Assembly (NCBI GenBank): GCA_965203355.1
Contig: OZ241889.1
Span: 1,984,001 to 2,048,000, forward strand
Source: Candidatus Latescibacterota bacterium
GTDB taxonomy: Bacteria > Latescibacterota > UBA2968 > UBA8231
Direction: 5' to 3'
DNA length: 64,000 nucleotides
Position numbers and translations under genes: made by a program. The notes under the pieces are model-generated. The model saw nothing but the letters and a program-made list of their open reading frames with translations. It did not search any database and was not told the DNA's origin. The first letter of the stretch is position 1. Each line of letters opens with the position of its first letter. Shown in pieces: positions 43,411 through 54,108 of the stretch.

Positions 43411-44508
43411 CTACCGCGTCGAAAACTTGTGTATGGTGACCGTCCGGTAGGTTTCCCCCGGACGCAACACCACCGACGGAAAGCCCGGCTGGTTGATCGC
43501 GTCGGGATAGTGCTGGGTCTCTAGGCACAGGCCGTGGTACTGATTGTAGATTGTCCCGCCCTTGCCCCGCACGCCGTCGAGGTGGATGGCCGAGTAAAAC
43601 TGCACGCCCGGCTCGGTAGTGTACAGTTCCATCACTCGTCCGCTCTCGGGTTCGTACACCTCGGCGGCCAACCCCGGCTCAGCCCGCCCCCCATGGTCGA
43701 GCACGTAGTTGTGATCGTAGCCGCCGACCGGTGCAAGCTGCCCGATCCGCCCGCCAATGGCGGATGGTTTGCCAAAGTCGAGGGGCGTACCCGCCACCGG
43801 CAAAATGCGCCCGGTGGGGATTTGAGTGGCGTCCGGCTCGGTGTAGTAGCGGGCGTGGAGCGTGAGGATGTGCCCGAGCACGGGACCGCTGCCAGCCAAG
43901 TTGAAATAGGAATGGTTGGTCAGATTGATGGGCGTCGGCTTGTCGGTGGTCGCCTCGTAGGCGATGACTAGTTCGTCGCGGTGGGTCAAGGTGTACGAGA
44001 CACGCACCGGCACGGTGCCCGGATAGCCCTCCTCGCCGTCTTGGCTCACGTAATGTAGGCGCACCGTTGGTCCGCGGTTGTCGTCCGCGACTTCGGCGTC
44101 CCATACTACTTTGTCGAAGCCCACTATCCCGCCGTGCAGGTGATTGGGGCCGTTGTTGACGGCCAGTGGGTACTCTTGGCCGTCTAGGGAGAATTTGCCA
44201 CCGGCGATGCGGTTGGCGACCCGCCCGGTGATACAGCCGAAGTACGGATTCTCCCGCTCGTACTGCGCCAAACGGTCAAAGCCCAATACGACATCGCCGA
44301 GCGTTCCGGCGCGATCGCGCACGAGGAGTTCGGTGATGATCCCACCATAGGTGATGACGCGGGCTATGGTGCCGCGGTCGTTTGTGAGAGTGTAGCGCTC
44401 GACGGGCTGTCCCGCTGCGGTCGTTCCAAAGCTGTCTTTGCTCACCTCGGCTTCTCCGGCGGTGGCGGCCAAGGCGACCGCCAGTAGCATGGTGCTGGGC
44501 TTTTGCAT
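43411..44508 (-). CDS. galM: Aldose 1-epimerase (galactose mutarotase) with signal peptide
   Basis: GRVANRIA, NHLHGG, EEGYPG, NLTNHSYFNL, GYDHN, CLETQHYPD. ATG 44508 follows GGAGG. Confidence 0.93.
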   Translation of the reverse strand: MQKPSTMLLAVALAATAGEAEVSKDSFGTTAAGQPVERYTLTNDRGTIARVITYGGIITELLVRDRAGTLGDVVLGFDRLAQYERENPYFGCITGRVANRIAGGKFSLDGQEYPLAVNNGPNHLHGGIVGFDKVVWDAEVADDNRGPTVRLHYVSQDGEEGYPGTVPVRVSYTLTHRDELVIAYEATTDKPTPINLTNHSYFNLAGSGPVLGHILTLHARYYTEPDATQIPTGRILPVAGTPLDFGKPSAIGGRIGQLAPVGGYDHNYVLDHGGRAEPGLAAEVYEPESGRVMELYTTEPGVQFYSAIHLDGVRGKGGTIYNQYHGLCLETQHYPDAINQPGFPSVVLRPGETYRTVTIHKFSTR

Positions 44509-44651
44509 GGCCCTTCCTCCATTCGCGGTGCTTGCGCTTCCTTTTTGCCAGACGTAACATAGGCATTTCGCATTCGCCGGGGCAACCACGAGGGTTGCCC
44601 TGTTCGCGTCGAGGGCGTCGTCCCTTAAACTTCACTAAGCGAGATAAATCT

Positions 44652-45650
44652 ATGAAAACGCCTCTTTTGCTCCTCGTCTTGATTTTCGGCGCCTGTGGTG
44701 GTAGCGATGCGCCGCAACCGGCGGCTAAGCCCCAAGTCGCTTTCGTCACCAATGGCGTTGGGCCTTTTTGGACTATTGCCGCCAAAGGAGTTGAGGCGGC
44801 CGCCGCCGAGTTTGCCGCCGCCGCTGAGGTGCAGATGCCCGGCGAAGGGGTTGCCGATCAGAAGCGCATCGTCCAAGCCCTGCTGGCCCGCGGCATTGAC
44901 GGCATGGCCATAAGCCCCATTGACCCGGACAATCAGACCGACCTGCTCAACGAAGCCGCCGCCCACACCCACCTGATCACCCACGATTCAGACGCGCCCA
45001 AGAGCAACCGCCTTTGCTTTATTGGCATTGACAACTACTCAGCCGGTCGCGCCTGCGGAGCCTTGGTCAAAGAAGCACTGCCCAGCGGCGGCAACATCAT
45101 GATCTTCGTTGGTCGCCTCGAACAGCTCAACGCCCGCCAGCGCCGCCAGGGCCTCATTGACGAACTGCTCGGTCGCTCTTTTGACCCGACGCGCCACGAC
45201 CCCAACAGCGGCCCGATTGTCGGCGACTCATACACCATTCTCGACACGCGCACCGACCAGTTCGACTACGCGAAAGCCAAAGCCCAAGTCGAGGACGCTA
45301 TGGCCAAATACCCAGACCTCCACGGCGTCGTCGGCCTATTTGCCTACAATCCGCCGATGTGCCTTGAAGCGATCAAGGAAGCGGGCAAGACCGGCCAGAT
45401 CCAAATCATCGCCTTTGACGAAGAAGCCCCCACTCTCCAAGGCATCATCGACGGCCACATCTACGGCACGGTGGTGCAAAACCCGTACCGCTACGGGTAC
45501 GAGTCCGTGCGGATCCTCGCGGCCCTCGCCCGCGGCGACCGCTCGGTTTTGCCCGAGGGTGGGGTCCTCGACGTGCCAGCGCGGTCCATCCGCCGCGATA
45601 ATGTCGAAGCCTTTTGGGACGAACTGAAAACCCTGACCGGCACTCACTAA
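44652..45650 (+). CDS. Sugar ABC transporter substrate-binding lipoprotein
   Basis: FGAC lipobox; FWTIA, ISPID, IGIDNY, AFDE, VVQNPY. Confidence 0.9.
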   Translation: MKTPLLLLVLIFGACGGSDAPQPAAKPQVAFVTNGVGPFWTIAAKGVEAAAAEFAAAAEVQMPGEGVADQKRIVQALLARGIDGMAISPIDPDNQTDLLNEAAAHTHLITHDSDAPKSNRLCFIGIDNYSAGRACGALVKEALPSGGNIMIFVGRLEQLNARQRRQGLIDELLGRSFDPTRHDPNSGPIVGDSYTILDTRTDQFDYAKAKAQVEDAMAKYPDLHGVVGLFAYNPPMCLEAIKEAGKTGQIQIIAFDEEAPTLQGIIDGHIYGTVVQNPYRYGYESVRILAALARGDRSVLPEGGVLDVPARSIRRDNVEAFWDELKTLTGTH

Positions 45651-47140
45651 TGGCCCTGTTGGTTGCGCGCGGCATTAGCAAGCGCTTTCCCGGCGTGTTG
45701 GCCCTCGACACGGTAGATATGGCGGTGGAGGCCGGGGAAGTCCTCGCCGTCATCGGCGAAAACGGGGCTGGCAAATCCACCCTGATGAAAATTCTCGCGG
45801 GCATTGAGACCCCGGACAGCGGCCAGATTGTGCGCGATGGGGAGGCGGTAATCATGGACTCGCCGCGCCGCGCCACTGCGCTCGGCATCGCCTTGATCCA
45901 CCAAGAACTCAACTTTTGCGCCAACCTTTCGGTCGCCGCCAACCTCTACCTCGGCCGCGAGCCCCAGCAGTGGGGCCTGATCGACCGCTCCACCATCCGC
46001 GCGGGGGCGGTCCAAGCGCTCGCGCAACTCGGGCTCGAGGTGTCGCCGGACACCCTGATGGGCGACTTGCCCATTGGCCACCAGCAACTCGTCGAAATTG
46101 CCAAGGCGCTTTTGACCGAGGCGCGGATTCTGATTATGGACGAGCCCACCTCCAGCCTCACCAGCCAAGAAGCCGAGGTGCTTTTTGCGGCCATTGGCGA
46201 ACTGCGTGAGCGCGGGGTGGCTATCATCTATATATCCCACCGCCTCGGAGAGGTCGAAGCCTTAGCCGATCGCGTCTTGGTTCTCTGCGATGGGCAAAAC
46301 GCCGGCGAACTGGCGCGCGCCGAGATCAGCCACGATGCTATGGTGGCCAAAATGGTCGGCCGCGATGTCGCGCAGTACTACGCGCACCAACCTCATCCGG
46401 CCGGCGACATCGCCCTCCAAGCCGAGGATTTGGTTATTCCGGCGTGGCCCGAGCACCGGCTCAATTTTGCGGTGCGACGCGGTCAGCTCGTCGGCATCGC
46501 CGGGCTCGTGGGCGCGGGGCGCACCGAACTGTTGCAGGTGCTCTTCGGCATCGTTCCCGCGCTGGCCGGCCAAGTGCTCGTCGACGGCGCACAGCACGCC
46601 ATCCGCTCGCCGGTTGATGCCATCCGCGCTGGCTTGGCCCTGGTGCCCGAAGATCGCAAGCAACAGGGGCTGATCCTCGAAATGGCTCTGCGCGACAACA
46701 TCGGCCTGCCCGGCTTGGGGCGCTACCAGTGCTTGGCCGGTTGGGCCAATTTTGCCCGCCAAGCCGCGGACGCCGACCAGATGATCGAGCGCCTCGCCAT
46801 CCGCACGCCCGGCCCAGCCCAAATCGTCCAGTACCTATCCGGCGGCAACCAGCAAAAGGTGGTGCTGGGCAAGTGGCTGGCGCTCGAGCCGCGCGTGTTG
46901 CTGCTCGACGAACCAACCCGCGGCATCGACGTGGGGGCCAAACAAGCGATTTACCATCTGATGGAAGAGTTGGCCGCCAGCGGCGTGGCGGTGCTGTTTG
47001 CGTCGAGTGAGTTAGAGGAGATTTTGGGGATGGCCGATGCGGTGTTGGTCATGCACGAGGGCCGCATTACCGGCCAACTCCAGCGCGACGCGCTCAGCGA
47101 GGAGGCGATTATGAGCTTAGCGACCGGGAAGGCGGCTTAG
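45650..47140 (+). CDS. Sugar ABC transporter ATP-binding protein (RbsA-like)
   Basis: GENGAGKST, MDEPT, LSGGNQQKV, DEPTRGIDVGAK. TAATG coupling to the upstream gene. Confidence 0.93.
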   Translation: MALLVARGISKRFPGVLALDTVDMAVEAGEVLAVIGENGAGKSTLMKILAGIETPDSGQIVRDGEAVIMDSPRRATALGIALIHQELNFCANLSVAANLYLGREPQQWGLIDRSTIRAGAVQALAQLGLEVSPDTLMGDLPIGHQQLVEIAKALLTEARILIMDEPTSSLTSQEAEVLFAAIGELRERGVAIIYISHRLGEVEALADRVLVLCDGQNAGELARAEISHDAMVAKMVGRDVAQYYAHQPHPAGDIALQAEDLVIPAWPEHRLNFAVRRGQLVGIAGLVGAGRTELLQVLFGIVPALAGQVLVDGAQHAIRSPVDAIRAGLALVPEDRKQQGLILEMALRDNIGLPGLGRYQCLAGWANFARQAADADQMIERLAIRTPGPAQIVQYLSGGNQQKVVLGKWLALEPRVLLLDEPTRGIDVGAKQAIYHLMEELAASGVAVLFASSELEEILGMADAVLVMHEGRITGQLQRDALSEEAIMSLATGKAA

Positions 47141-47143
47141 AAG

Positions 47144-48112
47144 ATGAAGAAAATACTGGGGATACTCGGCTTGTTGCTGGCGATTTTTGGGGTCACTTGG
47201 ATCGCCGAGCCTAAGTTTGTCAGTGCCTATAACCTGCAAAATATCATCCGCTGGACTTCGCTATTTGGCATCATTTCCATTGGCGTGGCCTTTGTCATTA
47301 TCACCGGCGGGATCGACTTGTCAATTGGCTCGTTGATCGGCTTGGTGGGCTGTCTGCTGCCCATGCTGTTGGCCGCTGGGTACTCGCCGGTGCTGGCGCT
47401 GTTGGCCGTGGTGGTTTTGTCGTTGGCTATTGGGTTGATGCACGGCTTGCTGATCACGCGCTTGGGGCTACAGCCGTTTGTTGTGACGCTGTGCGGTCTG
47501 CTGTTTTATCGCGGCTTTGCCCGCTGGCTGACCCACGACCAAGTCCAGGGTTTTGGCTCGTCTTACGAGGGGCTGCGCCAACTGGCGATTGGCAAGGTCC
47601 CGCTGGGGGGCGGTTTTGCGCTGCCGATTCCGTTTTTCCTCTTGGTGCTGGCCGGGGTACTCGCCGCGCTCTTCCTCAACCGCACGATATGGGGCCGCTA
47701 CCTGTTGGCCCTGGGCCGCAATGAGACAGCGGCGCGGTACAGCGGCATCCAAATCGAGCGGATGAAAGTGTTGGCGTACGTGTTGTGCTCAGGCACGGCT
47801 GGCGTGGGCGGCATCCTGTTTGCCCTCGACGTCAATTCGGTGCAACCGGCCGCGCACGGCAATTTTTACGAATTGTATGCGATTGCCGCCGCCGTGTTAG
47901 GGGGCTGTTCCCTGCGCGGTGGCGAGGGGGCGATTTTGGGGGTCGTCATTGGCGCGGCCGTCATGCGACTGCTCTACAATGCGATCAATGTCTCGGGCAT
48001 TCCCACCCAACTCGAGTTTGCCATTATCGGCGCGGTGATTTTGGCGGGCGTGATCGCCGATGAGTTGATCCGCCGCGTGGCGGCCCGGCGCCGAGCGGGC
48101 CGAGGGAATTGA
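47144..48112 (+). CDS. Sugar ABC transporter permease (RbsC-like)
   Basis: IITGGIDLSIG, GRNETAARYSGI, YELYAIAAAVLGG. Confidence 0.93.
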   Translation: MKKILGILGLLLAIFGVTWIAEPKFVSAYNLQNIIRWTSLFGIISIGVAFVIITGGIDLSIGSLIGLVGCLLPMLLAAGYSPVLALLAVVVLSLAIGLMHGLLITRLGLQPFVVTLCGLLFYRGFARWLTHDQVQGFGSSYEGLRQLAIGKVPLGGGFALPIPFFLLVLAGVLAALFLNRTIWGRYLLALGRNETAARYSGIQIERMKVLAYVLCSGTAGVGGILFALDVNSVQPAAHGNFYELYAIAAAVLGGCSLRGGEGAILGVVIGAAVMRLLYNAINVSGIPTQLEFAIIGAVILAGVIADELIRRVAARRRAGRGN

Positions 48113-48149
48113 TTTGGCATGGAACGAAATTTTCCAAAGGAGAACGCCT

Positions 48150-49061
48150 ATGCGTCGCTTTACCCGCACCCCCCATTACAGCGGGCCGGACGACCCGGAG
48201 ATCGGCCACGTGCGCGGCACCTTGTCGCTCGGAGAAACCGTCGTCATCGAGACCATTGGCGGAGCGGACAACGACTTTGAAGCGGCCGGGGAGACGCGCG
48301 CCGGCATGATCACTTCCGGGGAGAGCCACCGCCGCTACGCCCGTCCCGGCGGCCCCTTTCTCATCGAGGGCATTGAGCCGGACGATTGGCTGGCCATTGA
48401 GATCATCGCTATTGAAGTCGGCCCCTACGGCTTCTACCGCAATGGCGGTCCCAATTGGGGCAATTGGCGCTGCGTGGCGCCGGTGCGCGATGGGTTGATT
48501 CACTTTCCGCCGGATTTTGTCGTGCCGGTGCGGCCCATGATCGGCGTCGTCCAGCTCGAATCGTGGGCACCCAACGCCATCGACCACGGCGGCAACATGG
48601 ATTTCAACGCCATCCAGCCCGGTAGCACCGTCCACATCCGCGCGCAAAAGCCCGGCGGCCTGCTCTCGCTAGGCGATGTCCATGCGCGCATGGGCGATGG
48701 CGAGTTGACCGGGGCTGGAGTAGAGATTGACTCGGCCATCACGCTCAAGGTGGATCGCTCGCCCGGATTTCCCAATAGCAGTCCCGTGGTTGAGACCACT
48801 AGGGTTGTGGAAGACGCCGAGGAATATCTCACCAGCGCACGTGCAGAAGCGTGGGGGGACGCACTCAAGGCCGCATGGCTCGAAATGGTGGCCCTGATTT
48901 GCGACCGCTACGACACTACGTACGAATACGCCAACATGATCGTCGGCACCATTGGGGACGCCCGCCCGGGCTTTGCCACTGGCTACATGGGCGGGTACGC
49001 AACCTGTCAGATCGCAGTGACCAAGAAGCTGCGGCGCACGGGCGCGCCGTACCGGCCCTAG
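48150..49061 (+). CDS. Acetamidase/formamidase family protein
   Basis: GGPFLIEG, PMIGV, HGGNMD, LGDVHARMGDGE..GVE. ATG 48150 follows AAGGAG. Confidence 0.85.
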   Translation: MRRFTRTPHYSGPDDPEIGHVRGTLSLGETVVIETIGGADNDFEAAGETRAGMITSGESHRRYARPGGPFLIEGIEPDDWLAIEIIAIEVGPYGFYRNGGPNWGNWRCVAPVRDGLIHFPPDFVVPVRPMIGVVQLESWAPNAIDHGGNMDFNAIQPGSTVHIRAQKPGGLLSLGDVHARMGDGELTGAGVEIDSAITLKVDRSPGFPNSSPVVETTRVVEDAEEYLTSARAEAWGDALKAAWLEMVALICDRYDTTYEYANMIVGTIGDARPGFATGYMGGYATCQIAVTKKLRRTGAPYRP

Positions 49062-49202
49062 GGGTAGAAGCCGCTGGCGTCAGTCGGCGCGGTGCAGGGG
49101 CCGGGCTCCGAGCAGAGCATATCGCACTAAGGCCGCCTTGCTCGGGGATTTTGGCGGCGATATATTGAGCGGCCATTCGCTATTTATAGAAAGGAAGCTG
49201 CG

Positions 49203-51689
49203 ATGAGCGAGCCATTTGTGCCGTTGGATTTGAGCGCGGTCTATAACGCCGGTACTGGCAATGTTGAGTCCGAAGGCGGCAAACTCTGGCCGGCACCTGC
49301 CGACGCGCCCGACCATACCCCGCTCGTGGGGCTGCCTTGGGGCGAGCAGCCGTTTTGGGGGGTGCCCTTTAGTTTGGCCGCCGTAGGTGCTGAGCAGGCC
49401 GTGGTGTTGGTGGCGCGAAGCGCTGGCGGCGGGGTGAGCACGGCGGCGGATATCCCGGTACATGCCAAAGCGCGGCGCGTTCTCTATGCCCACACTTGTG
49501 CGCCGGTGTCCGGGGAGTGGGCCACGGTCGAGGGCACGGGCGAGGAGATTGGGACCTATCGCGTCCTCTATGCCGACGGTAGCTCGGTCGAACAGCCGCT
49601 GCGCCGCCGCTTTGAAATCCACGACGTGCGGGTGCCTTGGGGGCACCATCCCTTTCTCTGTCGCAACTGCCGCCACTACTACTCGGTGCCACTGGACAGC
49701 CGCGAATACGGCTATGGCATGGTGCAGACCGGGGCTTTTACGCGCGAGGGCGGCGACCTCCAAGGTTGGTGGCTCTACGACTGGGAAAATCCCGCGCCCG
49801 ACCAGGAGATTGCAGCGATCGCAGTGTCGGCGGCTGGTCCTACGGCGCTTGCTTTGGCCGGCATTACGCTCTGCCATGAAGCGCGCGATCCCTTTGCTTG
49901 GCCGGCGCGGCGCGAGGTGGCGCTGCGGGTCGATGCCGAAGGAGTGCCCGAAGTGGCGATGGAGCGCGGCGAAATCGTGCGGCAGGATCAGCTTTGGGTG
50001 CCGAGCGCGGATTTCCTCACCTCCGAGGAAGCGGGCTGGGGACGCGGCGGCCAAGAGACGATCGCCGGTGGCTATCTGGAAATCCACGGCTCAACCGAAG
50101 GGCAACTCGCCGTTAAGGCGGGCGACGACGTCGAAGAGCGCATTGGCTGGGGCGACGTGCTCAAAGAAAAGAAAATCGCCCAAGGGAAAGTGCATATTGA
50201 GGTCGTCGCGCCGGCGGGCAAGCAGTGGGTCCACGTGCGGGTCGAGGATGCGGATACCGGCCAGCCGGTGGGTACCCGCGTCCACTTTCGCACTGAGAAC
50301 GGAGCCTATCTGGCACCGCACGGTCACCAAGCCGACGTCAATGTGGCGTGGTTCGAGGACCTGGGCGGCGACTGCAAGACCGGGGGCGTACCCTACGCCT
50401 ACATCGACGGCACCTGCCAGATCGACTTGCCCATCGGCCCGGTGTACGCCGAGGTCGTGCGCGGCTTTGAGTACCAGCCGCTGCGCCAGCAAGTTGAGAT
50501 CAAGCCCGGACAGAACGCGCTGACCCTCAAGATCAAACGCACCTTTGACATGAAGCAGCGCGGCTACTATTCCGGGGATACCCACGTGCATTTCCTGTCC
50601 TCCCAGTCGGCGCACCTAGAGGCCGCAGGCGAGGATCTCAACGTCGTGCATTTGTTGGCGAGCCAGTGGGGTCGGCTGTTTACCTCGTGGGAGGAGTTCA
50701 CCGGCGGTTTAGCACCAACCAGCAGCGACAATCACTTGGTTTGGGTCAGCCAAGAAAACCGACAACACGTGCTCGGCCACATCAGCTTACTCGGCCTGAA
50801 GGAACTGGTCGCGCCCATGTGTACCGGCGGGGCCAATGAGGATTGGGTGGGCGGCTCGGTGGATGCGCTGATGGCCGATTGGGCCGAGGAGTGCAAAAAA
50901 CAGGGCGGGCTGGTCATTATGCCGCACCTGCCGCTGCCCGATTTTGAGAACGCGGCCAACATCGTCTTGGGCCACGCAGACGCCGGCGAGATGTGCTGGA
51001 TTTGGGAGGGCGAACAGATTAGCTCAGCCGAGCGAGGTTACTACCGCTGGCTCAATGTAGGCCAGAAGCTGCCGATTGTCGGCGGCACCGACAAGATGTC
51101 CAATGGCCGCATTTTGGGCGGGTCGCGCACGTATGTCAAGCTGCGCGATGGCGAGGAGTTTACCTTTGACAATTGGTGCCAAGCCGTGCGGCGCGGCCAG
51201 ACGTTTGCCAGCACGGGCGCGATGATCAATCTACAGGTCGAGGGGCGGGAGATGGGCGAGGAAATCCACCTGCCCGGCAACGGCGGCACCGTTGAGGTGG
51301 CGGCAAACGCGGAAAGCGTCTGGCCGCTCACTGGGCTGGAGTTGATTTGCAATGGCGAGTCCATTACGCGCGAGGTCGCCGCGCCCGGTGCCGAGCAGAT
51401 CGAACTGAAGTTCAAGCTCAAAGCCGAGCGTTCCTGCTGGGTGGCGGCGCGCTGCTGGGGGCCGCACCACACGGACGCCGGGCCGGTGATGGCTCATTCC
51501 TCGCCGGTCTATATCGACGTAGGTCGGCGCTGCGTGTTTGCACCGGCCGAGGGCAATTATCTGCTGACGCATATGGAAGGCGGCATTGCTTGGGCCGAGC
51601 GGATCGGCGTCTTCCGCGACGAGGCGATCCGCCAGCGGCTGATCGGCCTGTTCAACGAGGCCCGGGGCGAGTTACTCCGGCGCATGTGA
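49203..51689 (+). CDS. CehA/McbA-family metallohydrolase (PHP-like)
   Basis: RGFEY, YSGDTHVHF, QENRQHVLGH, YYRWLNVG, GGTD..GGSRTYV, AHSSPVYI. Confidence 0.8.
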   Translation: MSEPFVPLDLSAVYNAGTGNVESEGGKLWPAPADAPDHTPLVGLPWGEQPFWGVPFSLAAVGAEQAVVLVARSAGGGVSTAADIPVHAKARRVLYAHTCAPVSGEWATVEGTGEEIGTYRVLYADGSSVEQPLRRRFEIHDVRVPWGHHPFLCRNCRHYYSVPLDSREYGYGMVQTGAFTREGGDLQGWWLYDWENPAPDQEIAAIAVSAAGPTALALAGITLCHEARDPFAWPARREVALRVDAEGVPEVAMERGEIVRQDQLWVPSADFLTSEEAGWGRGGQETIAGGYLEIHGSTEGQLAVKAGDDVEERIGWGDVLKEKKIAQGKVHIEVVAPAGKQWVHVRVEDADTGQPVGTRVHFRTENGAYLAPHGHQADVNVAWFEDLGGDCKTGGVPYAYIDGTCQIDLPIGPVYAEVVRGFEYQPLRQQVEIKPGQNALTLKIKRTFDMKQRGYYSGDTHVHFLSSQSAHLEAAGEDLNVVHLLASQWGRLFTSWEEFTGGLAPTSSDNHLVWVSQENRQHVLGHISLLGLKELVAPMCTGGANEDWVGGSVDALMADWAEECKKQGGLVIMPHLPLPDFENAANIVLGHADAGEMCWIWEGEQISSAERGYYRWLNVGQKLPIVGGTDKMSNGRILGGSRTYVKLRDGEEFTFDNWCQAVRRGQTFASTGAMINLQVEGREMGEEIHLPGNGGTVEVAANAESVWPLTGLELICNGESITREVAAPGAEQIELKFKLKAERSCWVAARCWGPHHTDAGPVMAHSSPVYIDVGRRCVFAPAEGNYLLTHMEGGIAWAERIGVFRDEAIRQRLIGLFNEARGELLRRM

Positions 51690-51853
51690 TAGTGGCCGGT
51701 GGCCCGTCCCGACCCGTCCCGGATAGTGGCCAGTGGCCAGTGGCCTGTCCCAACCCATCCCCAGAAGCGATCGGGGGACTGACGACTGATCACTGACGAC
51801 TGATCACTGACGACTGACGACTGACGACTGACCACCGACCACTGACCACTAAC
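51690..51853. repeat. Inverted arrays of 7-bp tandem repeats (AGTGGCC-like left arm; (G/C)ACTGA(C/T) x11 right arm)
   Basis: Left arm 51690-51745; 11 heptamers at 51777-51853. Same family as 39788-39904. Confidence 0.9.
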
Positions 51854-51866
51854 CAAGGCAAATCCC

Positions 51867-52751
51867 ATGCTGACGCAAACACAGATTGATGAGTTCCGCC
51901 GCAACGGCTTTCTCAACGGCGGGCGCGTGCTCTCCGACGAGGAGCTTGGCGAATTGAGCGACGCGCTCGACGAGATTTTGACCAAAGGCCCGGATGGCTT
52001 TGCCCCGGGCGAGGCGCAGCCGGTATCCTTCCGCGATCTGGCCGGCGGGGGCGGCGTCAGCGAGCACCCAGTGTGGCAGATCGTCAATATCTGGGAGGCT
52101 GCGCCCGCTTGGGAACGGCTGATTTATCATCCGGCGGTCGTGCGAGGGATTAGCCAACTCACCGGCCATGCCGACCTCCAAGTCTGGCACGACCAGATTC
52201 AGTACAAACCCGCGCGCTACGGCGGCTCGACGCACTGGCACCAAGACGCGCCCTTGTGGCCGATTATCAAGCCGATGACGCCGGTCTCGGCGTGGATCCC
52301 TTTAGACGACGCGACCGAGGAAAACGGCTGCATGTGGATGGTGCCCGGCAGCCACGAGTGGGGCAATCAGATCGAGTTTTTGCGGACACAGGGGGGTTTG
52401 TCGCTGCTGGAAAACTTCAAGGACTTACAGGGCTTTACCCCGCCCGCCGACGCCGAGATCGGTGTGGTGGAGGCGCGGCCTTGGCCGGTGATGCGCGGGG
52501 AGGTTTCCTTCCACCACTCGCTGACTTGGCACGGCTCGCCCTTCAATCGGTCGCCGCGGCCCCGACGCGCCATTGCCATTCACTACATGACGGGCGCGGC
52601 GCGCTTCGACCAAAGCGGCGAGCACCTGATGAAGCAGTTCGTCGATTTGCCCGACAAGGCCCCGATGGCCGAGGCTGGCCCGCACTTTCCGGTGGTGTGT
52701 CGCGACGAGGAGCCGGTGGGGATGCCCGAGCGGCTGCGGGTGCCGGGCTAG
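51867..52751 (+). CDS. Phytanoyl-CoA dioxygenase (PhyH) family Fe(II)/2OG oxygenase
   Basis: WHQD, WIPLDDATEENGCM..PGSH, HHSLTWHGS..N...RR. Confidence 0.9.
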   Translation: MLTQTQIDEFRRNGFLNGGRVLSDEELGELSDALDEILTKGPDGFAPGEAQPVSFRDLAGGGGVSEHPVWQIVNIWEAAPAWERLIYHPAVVRGISQLTGHADLQVWHDQIQYKPARYGGSTHWHQDAPLWPIIKPMTPVSAWIPLDDATEENGCMWMVPGSHEWGNQIEFLRTQGGLSLLENFKDLQGFTPPADAEIGVVEARPWPVMRGEVSFHHSLTWHGSPFNRSPRPRRAIAIHYMTGAARFDQSGEHLMKQFVDLPDKAPMAEAGPHFPVVCRDEEPVGMPERLRVPG

Positions 52752-52752
52752 G

Positions 52753-53982
52753 CTACTCGGACTTTGGCGGCTGGGCAAACAAGTTTGACCAATCCATCCG
52801 GCCGGTTAGCTGCATGGTGGCAAAGAGCGTGGCAACGCACAAGATGGTAATGGCCAAGCCGGTATAGCCGACAAAGAAGAAAGTGTAGGAGAAAAGCACC
52901 AAGTAGATGAATTGGGCCAATCCGACCTCCACCAAGGCCAGCCGCAGGCCGACCACGAGCCGCATGTAGGAGATGACCAAGAAAACGGATACGGCCGCCG
53001 CCAGCAAAAAGGCGTAGTGAATGAGCAAGTGGTCGGCCAAATAAGCCAAAAGCAAGTGGAAGCTGAAAAAGGCCGCACCGACGAAGAAGTAATTCATCGG
53101 ATGGATGTCGATGCCTTTGACCGCGGCAAAGACGAAGAGCGCGAAGAAAAAGAGGAAGAGGGATATGGGCGCGGCCAGGGTCACGTCTTGGACCCAAGGG
53201 CCTGGATTGAGGCGTGCGGGCATGACCATGCCGAGGGAGGCTCCCGTGAGCAAGCGATCGTATTGCCAAGTGAGACGCCAGCCCTCGGCCGTGCGCTCCT
53301 TTTGGGTGGGCGACAGGCTTTGGCGCGGGAAATCAATGGCGTCGAAATCAGTGTGCATGACCAGCTCGAAATCGGAGACCTGCTCGACGTGGTCGCCGAA
53401 GCGGTACCACCACTCGTCTAAACCTTGCGATTGATAGGAAAGACGGATCGGGCGGCTCTGGCCCGGTGCTAAGTGCAAGGGCTGTCGCAAGTGCCCTTCC
53501 GCCAGCGGCAGTGGGGCGATGGGTTGGCTGTCGACGGATAGGGCAAAATTGTCGTACACAGCTTGGGAAGTAGGTAGGGCCAGGTCGAAGGTCAGGTCGA
53601 GGGGGCGGTCGGTCGAGTTGGTCGCGATGTAAGTGGCGTCTAGTGCCACTTGGTAGGTAGCGTACCACAGCAGGCCCTTGCGGCGGTGTTCGAGGTTTAG
53701 CCCGACTTGTAGGCGGCTGGCTGCTAGGGGCAGGAGATGCCGCCGCTCCTTGATGTGCTCGGTCTCTTGGCCGTCGGCGGTCTGTGTGACGACGGTTTCC
53801 TCGGTGGTCCAGTACAGAAGTGGAGCGCGTTGGTGCTGGGAAGCACCCCACAACTGGCCGACCTCGGCTTTGAGTTTGGTGTCTTGGCTGTGGGTGCGGT
53901 GCGAGACGACCTGTGACAAGACGATCCAAGCGACACTCGTGCAGGCAAAAATGAAGCCGATAGCGGCGATGCGGTATAGCAT
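52753..53982 (-). CDS. creD: Inner membrane protein, CreD family
   Basis: RRKGLLWY, IHPMNYFFVGAAFFSFHLLLAYL, C-terminal TM bundle ending TGRMDW. ATG 53982 follows GAAGGAG. Confidence 0.75.
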   Translation of the reverse strand: MLYRIAAIGFIFACTSVAWIVLSQVVSHRTHSQDTKLKAEVGQLWGASQHQRAPLLYWTTEETVVTQTADGQETEHIKERRHLLPLAASRLQVGLNLEHRRKGLLWYATYQVALDATYIATNSTDRPLDLTFDLALPTSQAVYDNFALSVDSQPIAPLPLAEGHLRQPLHLAPGQSRPIRLSYQSQGLDEWWYRFGDHVEQVSDFELVMHTDFDAIDFPRQSLSPTQKERTAEGWRLTWQYDRLLTGASLGMVMPARLNPGPWVQDVTLAAPISLFLFFFALFVFAAVKGIDIHPMNYFFVGAAFFSFHLLLAYLADHLLIHYAFLLAAAVSVFLVISYMRLVVGLRLALVEVGLAQFIYLVLFSYTFFFVGYTGLAITILCVATLFATMQLTGRMDWSNLFAQPPKSE

Positions 53983-54108
53983 AAAGCCCTCCTTCAATTG
54001 CGTTTAGAACATCTTGCCGACAGCGAAGGTTCCTCTTAGAAAGATAATCGCCTCAAAAGCTAGTGGCGACAGGAGTCGCTGCTTATACGGCCCCGTCGTC
54101 AGGAACCG

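Noticed and set aside
51777-51853. CRISPR array (also considered for 39788-39904 and the 51-bp repeats)
   Set aside because: Units are 7 bp with no spacers, or only two copies 503 bp apart; no cas genes.
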